Assembly: GCA_951406725.2 (NCBI GenBank) | Contig: OX597833.1 | Location: 65,658,001 to 65,722,000, forward strand | Direction of reading: 5' to 3' | DNA from: Octopus vulgaris | Lineage: Eukaryota | Length of the DNA: 64,000 nucleotides | Shown: in pieces, positions 57,844-64,000 of the stretch | How the letters are laid out: each line of letters starts with the position of its first letter | Position numbering within the stretch: the first letter of the stretch is position 1 | The notes under the pieces: generated by a model | Told to the model about the DNA's origin: nothing | The model's input: only the letters and a program-made list of their open reading frames with translations | Databases searched by the model: none | Program-made: the position numbers and the translations under genes

Positions 57844-58149
57844 TACTTGGCTTCGTATCAGTTGTAATCTTATCTTTAAAACTTACACTTGGCATATTTT
57901 GTTGTGGTCACACCCAACAGCATCCTATATGTGGCTTCGAAAGATAAATGCCGCATCTTCACGGTAGAGGCCAGATCACACATCGTGTTATTTTATTTAG
58001 AATTGGTCTCACATTTACAATTCTAACAATTCAACTCCATCGTATATTTATATTCCTTTGACTGTATCCAAAAATACTTGGCCAGTACCTTTATTCCAGA
58101 AAGAATTACCGTAAGATGTCGCATAATTCTTAGTATGTGTATTCATATT

Positions 58150-58650
58150 TCCTTCAAATTTTGGCATAAGATCAGGAATATCGAAGTGGGTGGGGTTAAG
58201 TCGATTACATCGACGCCAAATCTCAACTGACCCTAATTATCGACAGTGAAATTATAACTTCGGCGGAATTTGCACTCAAATCGGCTAAGAACTTATCCCT
58301 TAGGTGTCGACAAAATAAGTGACAGTTGAGTACTGGGGTCGATGTACTTGATTTAACTTCTCCCCCGAAATTGATGGCTTTGTACCAAAATATGTAATCA
58401 ATATTAATGTGCATTAATGAGTCGATGAGCCGGCGGAATTGTCACCGTGCCGGAGAACATGTTGGGCGACATTTTGTCCCGTCTTTACGCTCTGAGGTAA
58501 AAATTCCACCGCGGTCGATTTTGCCATTCATACTCTCAGCGTTGATAAAATAAGTACGAGTTCAGCATGGAGGTCGATGTAATCGATTTAATCTCACCAC
58601 CACCACCACCACCACCACCACAAAATTGTGGGCCATGTGTAAAAATCGGA
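58150..58650. mobile_element. Degenerate SINE family B fragments on both strands
   Basis: GTCGATTACATCGAC (minus), TACTGGGGTCGATGTA (plus) and a further head at ~58425. Confidence 0.65.
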
Positions 58651-58679
58651 AGACTATATAATGATCAAAATTACTGATT

Positions 58680-58850
58680 AGGCGCAGGAGTGGCTGTGTG
58701 GTAAGTAGCTTGCTAACCAACCACATGGTTCGGGTTCAGTCCCACTGCGTGGCATCTTGGGCAAGTGTCTTCTGCTATAGCCCCGGGCCGACCAATGCCT
58801 TGTGAGTGGATTTGGTAGACGGAAACTGAAAGAAGCTTGTCGTATATATG

Positions 58851-58881
<31 letters not shown>

Positions 58882-59096
58882 GTGTTTGTGTGTCTGTGTT
58901 TGTCCCCCTAGCATTGCTTGACAACTGATGCTGGTGTGTTTTCGGCCCCCGTAAATTAGCGGTTCGGTAAAAGAGACCGATAGAATAAGTACTAGGCTTA
59001 CAAAGAATAAGTCCCGGGGTCGATGTGCTCGACTAAAGGCGGTGCTCCAGCATGGCCGCAGTCAAATGACTGAAACAAGTAAAACAGTAAAAGAGA
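58680..59096 (+). mobile_element. SINE family A
   Basis: Full-length match. Confidence 0.92.
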
Positions 59097-60032
59097 ATAA
59101 AAACGCTACTCATTTCTAAAAATATTTTCAAGAAATGATTTTGTAATAGATATATAGAACTGTTCTACATCAAACTATATGTTTACAATAGTGGTTATCA
59201 TCATTATTGAATCATTAGACTCATTTATACTGGTGTAATTAATACACATTTTATGTTGGTAACAAAATTATCTTATGGTCTTTAAAAGTAGCGTATGGCA
59301 TATGACATAAATTGCGATAAAGCTTCAACTTTATTGTCAATTTTTAGGCAGAAAGCTATTTCTAAATTAATGCCAGGATGAGCACTAAATTTGGAGCCGA
59401 GTATAATGATGACAAGTGTCTATAGTATATGCGACTATCAGTTTTGTATGTATTGTTGCTTTCGCCTGTACAAACATGGATGCATAAATAAATGTATAAA
59501 TTTGTTATCTTTCAATTTTGTTAAATGCAAAACAGAGATAGAAATAACGGGAGTGTTAGCGTACAGGAAATACTGAGAGATAAGGCAGGTTAGAGAAAGA
59601 GGAAACGAGAGGCACACATATAGTAAGAGAAAAGCAAACAAATTTATCAATACAGAGAGAAGCGTGATTTAAAAGAAAAAAGAAAAAAAGATGGCGCAGG
59701 TGAAATTTGGAATTTACGATATTAATTGAAAAGTTTATGAAATAAATACGACATTTAAACAACACTAAATCCAAATAATTCAGCTATTTTAGTAAGAAGT
59801 GAATATATTTAAAATCTAATTCCATATTGGTTCTAATGTATTCTGAAATTGTGTGGAATCTCATTTATAACCTTTTACATTGGCACCAGGGATGGCTTTG
59901 TGGTTAAGAACTTCACTGCCAATCATTGTGGGAAAGGTTCTTCCTGTTCGCACTATGAAGTACCTTTCACAAATGTATTCTGCCATAGCAAAAGGTTGAC
60001 CAGCATCTTGTGAGTGGGGAGGATGACAAGCA

Positions 60033-60648
<616 letters not shown>

Positions 60649-60700
60649 ATATATATATATCAGTAAAAATGTAATATGTGACAATTATTCGGTAGCCAAG

Positions 60701-60760
60701 ATAAAACTCTGAGTTTCGGATGGCGAGGCGGAAATCCACACCACTATCCCTTCAGTTATA
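60701..60760 (-). ncRNA. Minimal hammerhead-like motif with long stem II and shortened core
   Basis: Minus strand: ATAA-CTGAAG-GGATAGTGGTGTGGA-TT-TCCGCCTCGCCATCC-GAA-ACTC-A-GAGT-T-TTAT. Confidence 0.65.
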
Positions 60761-60959
60761 CGGCCATAGGAAAAACCCTAAGTTCTATGTATTGTAGTGA
60801 CTTGTAAAATGACTATTCTGAAAGAAGCATTTCTTTAAAATTTTATTTTTGGTTATTTCTTCCTTAAGTTATTTAGTAATCAATCAAAAGATTTGTTTTG
60901 TTTTGTTTTGTTTTAGAATGTGGAAAGCAAAATATAAATTTAGTTCAACAAAACATTAG

Positions 60960-61350
60960 ATATGGACAACGGGCAAAGGCTTCTACCAAACTCAAAGTAT
61001 TTGGAACAACCTGCTATCAGAGAATATTGGACTGACGATCGGAAAACGAGCCTGTACTTGAAGAATTAGGAACAAAAAAGGACATTTGTTGACAAATGTC
61101 AAAAAGACAAAACTCAAGTATTTTGATCACGTTGTCAGGGCCCCAAAGGATCAAAGGATCATATCTTAGAGAGAAGGATCAATGAGAAAGGAGAATGGGG
61201 TGGGGCCTGAGAAGATGCGACTTGGATGACGTCAAAGAATACGCCATAATTCCTCTGGCTTATTGCCCAGCATTTGCCAAAGCCAAGAATCGATGGAGAG
61301 AGAAGATGCATGCATCCATGATCCCGAAATTCCAACAATGAGAAAGGGAA
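60960..61350 (+). mobile_element. Degenerate RTE-clade LINE 3' fragment
   Basis: Frameshifted LKYFDHVVR..HILE..WMTSK/LDDVK..AKNRWR resembles the RTE C-terminus. Confidence 0.55.
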
Positions 61351-61419
61351 AATGCAAAGGTGTATAAACATACACACGCACACACACAAATACACACCCC
61401 CATTTATGTTATATACATA

Positions 61420-61470
<51 letters not shown>

Positions 61471-61535
61471 GTACATATATACACACACACATATATATGT
61501 ATATATATGTATATATACCTATATATATATATATA

Positions 61536-61581
<46 letters not shown>

Positions 61582-61582
61582 C

Positions 61583-61615
<33 letters not shown>

Positions 61616-62179
61616 TGTATATATATATATATATAACGAAAGGAAGAGAAAGGGAGAGAATGAGGGACAGAGAGAGAGAGAGGGAGGGAGAGAAAGAGAG
61701 AGTTGGCCGATAGCTTACTGAATAGGTCAATAAATGATTAGACATGGATGACGTAATCAACATCATCATTGTCGTCGTCGTCATAATCGTCGTCGTCATC
61801 GTCATCACCATCATCGCCAACCTCGTCCTCAGCTCCACGGCCTTCTCTACAGCCCCGCCGTCACACCGCTAACGCTAACGCTGTGATCGTCAAGTCAGCA
61901 TTTGTACATTAACTGAAGCAAGAGAAAATATTCTGACATGTGTATTCAGAGTGATTTACAGTGAATCGTATCTACCTACATTAAGTGACCCGAGTGTATT
62001 TGTATGTAATTCTGGATGTATGCATAAATTGTGTATATACAGCTGCTTACGATGCACATGCGCATTTGCTTGGAGACGAACGGATTACAACTACACACAA
62101 TATATACACACTTGCACTCCCACAAACACACCAGCGCTCTGAAGCACAAATACACACACGTACATCCATACATAAAAAC

Positions 62180-62262
<83 letters not shown>

Positions 62263-62420
62263 ATGTGTGTATATACGTGTGCGTATATGAATATTTTGTA
62301 TAATATATACAAAGTATATATATATACACATAGTATGGAAATGGATATGGATATGTTTATATTAATATATATGTGTGTAAATAAATAAATGAATATTGTG
62401 TGTGTGTTTGTTTGTATGTA

Positions 62421-62500
<80 letters not shown>

Positions 62501-62582
62501 TTGTTCAAATCTACAGAAAAGAGTAGGAAGGTGAAGGAAAAGCAGGTGTATTAATTTTTGCGCTCAGGAAGAATAGTAAGAT

Positions 62583-62618
62583 CTTTTACGTTTCGAGCCT
62601 ATGCTCTTCGGCATAAAG
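62583..62618 (-). ncRNA. Minimal hammerhead-like motif (same family as 53501)
   Basis: Minus strand: CTTT-ATGCCGAA-GAGC-ATAG-GCTC-GAA-ACGT-A-AAAG; the downstream TAATACACCTGCTT is shared with 53545. Confidence 0.6.
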
Positions 62619-62890
62619 GATTAAGAGGAAAAGAACACAGAGATATAATGTCCTCAGGTCTTCCCTGCATCTACTGGTTGTCTTCCCTGCAGCTATACTT
62701 ACGTTCCGTTCAGTTTTGTTAGAACGTGACACTCTGAGTAACAGCTTTTTTTGATATTTCTGCTGCTTTTTAATAAAGCATATTAATCTGCATCTGGTAT
62801 TTGAGTACTCTTTTTTCCACCTTGTGTCGCATTCATGTGGTTACTCCGGTATCTATGTGTGTTTGTGTGTGTGTGTGTGCGTATAAATAC

Positions 62891-62975
<85 letters not shown>

Positions 62976-63134
62976 GTGTATTCCGTTAAGAACGTATTTG
63001 ACTACAAAATAGACCACGTTCACACTTAGAATTACCAGATACCCTGCCCTATTATGGCATACTACCAATTCTAGGTTTCGGCATTCCTCGTTTGTGAACA
63101 ATAAAAAATGAAAAAATAAGTAGGCTCAAAATTA

Positions 63135-63530
63135 AAAGGGAGTACGATTCGACAACTGTTTAATGATAATTACGCATGTTTTGATACACCATAGATTCAC
63201 ATATATACAGGATTTAAATTTAAATTAAGTAACGGTTTACCTGTATAATAGGACTAAGTTGTATCTTCTCAGGTGATATAAAACCTGTATAATACGACCT
63301 ACTTATATCTCATGAGGATTCAAAGGAACCAGTTGGTTGTGATAGCATCGAAATCAAACATTTACTGACGGAGGCAGCGATTTTATATAACCTAAATAGT
63401 TACAGCTCAGGTCCTATTATACAGGTAAACCATAAATTTAAACTTAAATCCTGTATATATATGGATTTATGTATTGAGACACGTGTAGTGATCATTAAAC
63501 AGCAGTCGAATCGTAATCGTTCTCCCTCTT
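63135..63530. mobile_element. Fold-back Penelope-like terminal-repeat remnant with degenerate hammerhead motifs
   Basis: 63135-63265 is inverted at 63400-63530. Minus arm ATCAC-CTGAGAA-GATAC..GTATC-AAAAC-ATGC-GTA; plus arm GTATT-GAGAC-ACGT-GTA-GTGAT. Confidence 0.65.
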
Positions 63531-63593
63531 ACTTTTGACTACTTATTCTTTAATTTTTATATATACATATATACATATATATGTATATATGTA

Positions 63594-63632
<39 letters not shown>

Positions 63633-63659
63633 GTATATGTATATGTATATATATATACG

Positions 63660-63775
<116 letters not shown>

Positions 63776-64000
63776 CATATATATATGTATATATATATAT
63801 ATATATGTGGAATAGATGACATTTTAGAATTTTAAAACAACTTCCAAATTATAAAAAGTGATAGAATAAAAATATGTTAAGTGTCTGCATTGAGAAATTT
63901 ACAATAATGATATTGTGTTTGATCTTGTGTTTTGTTGGTGTTGTTGCTGTTGCCATTCATATCTTTCATTCATGACTCGTATGTGTATTTTTACTTCAAT

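Noticed and set aside
57880-58140. Possible RT fragment on the minus strand (DLA..EDAAF resembling YADD)
   Set aside because: Too degenerate to support without a profile search.
63066-63100. Possible hammerhead remnant TTC..ACGA-GG-AATG-CC-GAAAC-CTA-GAA (minus)
   Set aside because: The CUGA core is absent and the stems are too short to exclude chance.

Overview
This is an AT-rich, repeat-saturated eukaryotic (animal) intergenic or intronic window. The SINE families and the microsatellite load resemble coleoid cephalopod (Octopus) DNA; this is recognition by eye, not a database result. I find no convincing host protein-coding gene, rRNA, true tRNA or CRISPR array, and almost all listed ORFs are translations of microsatellites. 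The window holds: (i) four to five families of tRNA-derived SINEs in more than 30 full or partial copies; (ii) decayed Tc1/mariner, pogo-like, RTE, L1/Tx1, CR1-like and Penelope-like (GIY-YIG) fragments; (iii) about eight pieces of an R4/Dong-like REL-endonuclease retroelement, most of them sense-oriented in (TAA)n tracts, including a miniature internally deleted copy; (iv) about nine minimal hammerhead-ribozyme-like motifs, most with a variant 8-nt core and a palindromic stem III, some in fold-back pairs; (v) a SINE that appears to insert at G(G/A)TAT, a site present inside itself; (vi) a 32-bp minisatellite, a (TA)n-centred ~390-bp palindrome, a head-to-tail SINE trimer and CTAG-ended fold-back elements. 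All alignments and folds were done by eye, so coordinates may be off by a few bases.
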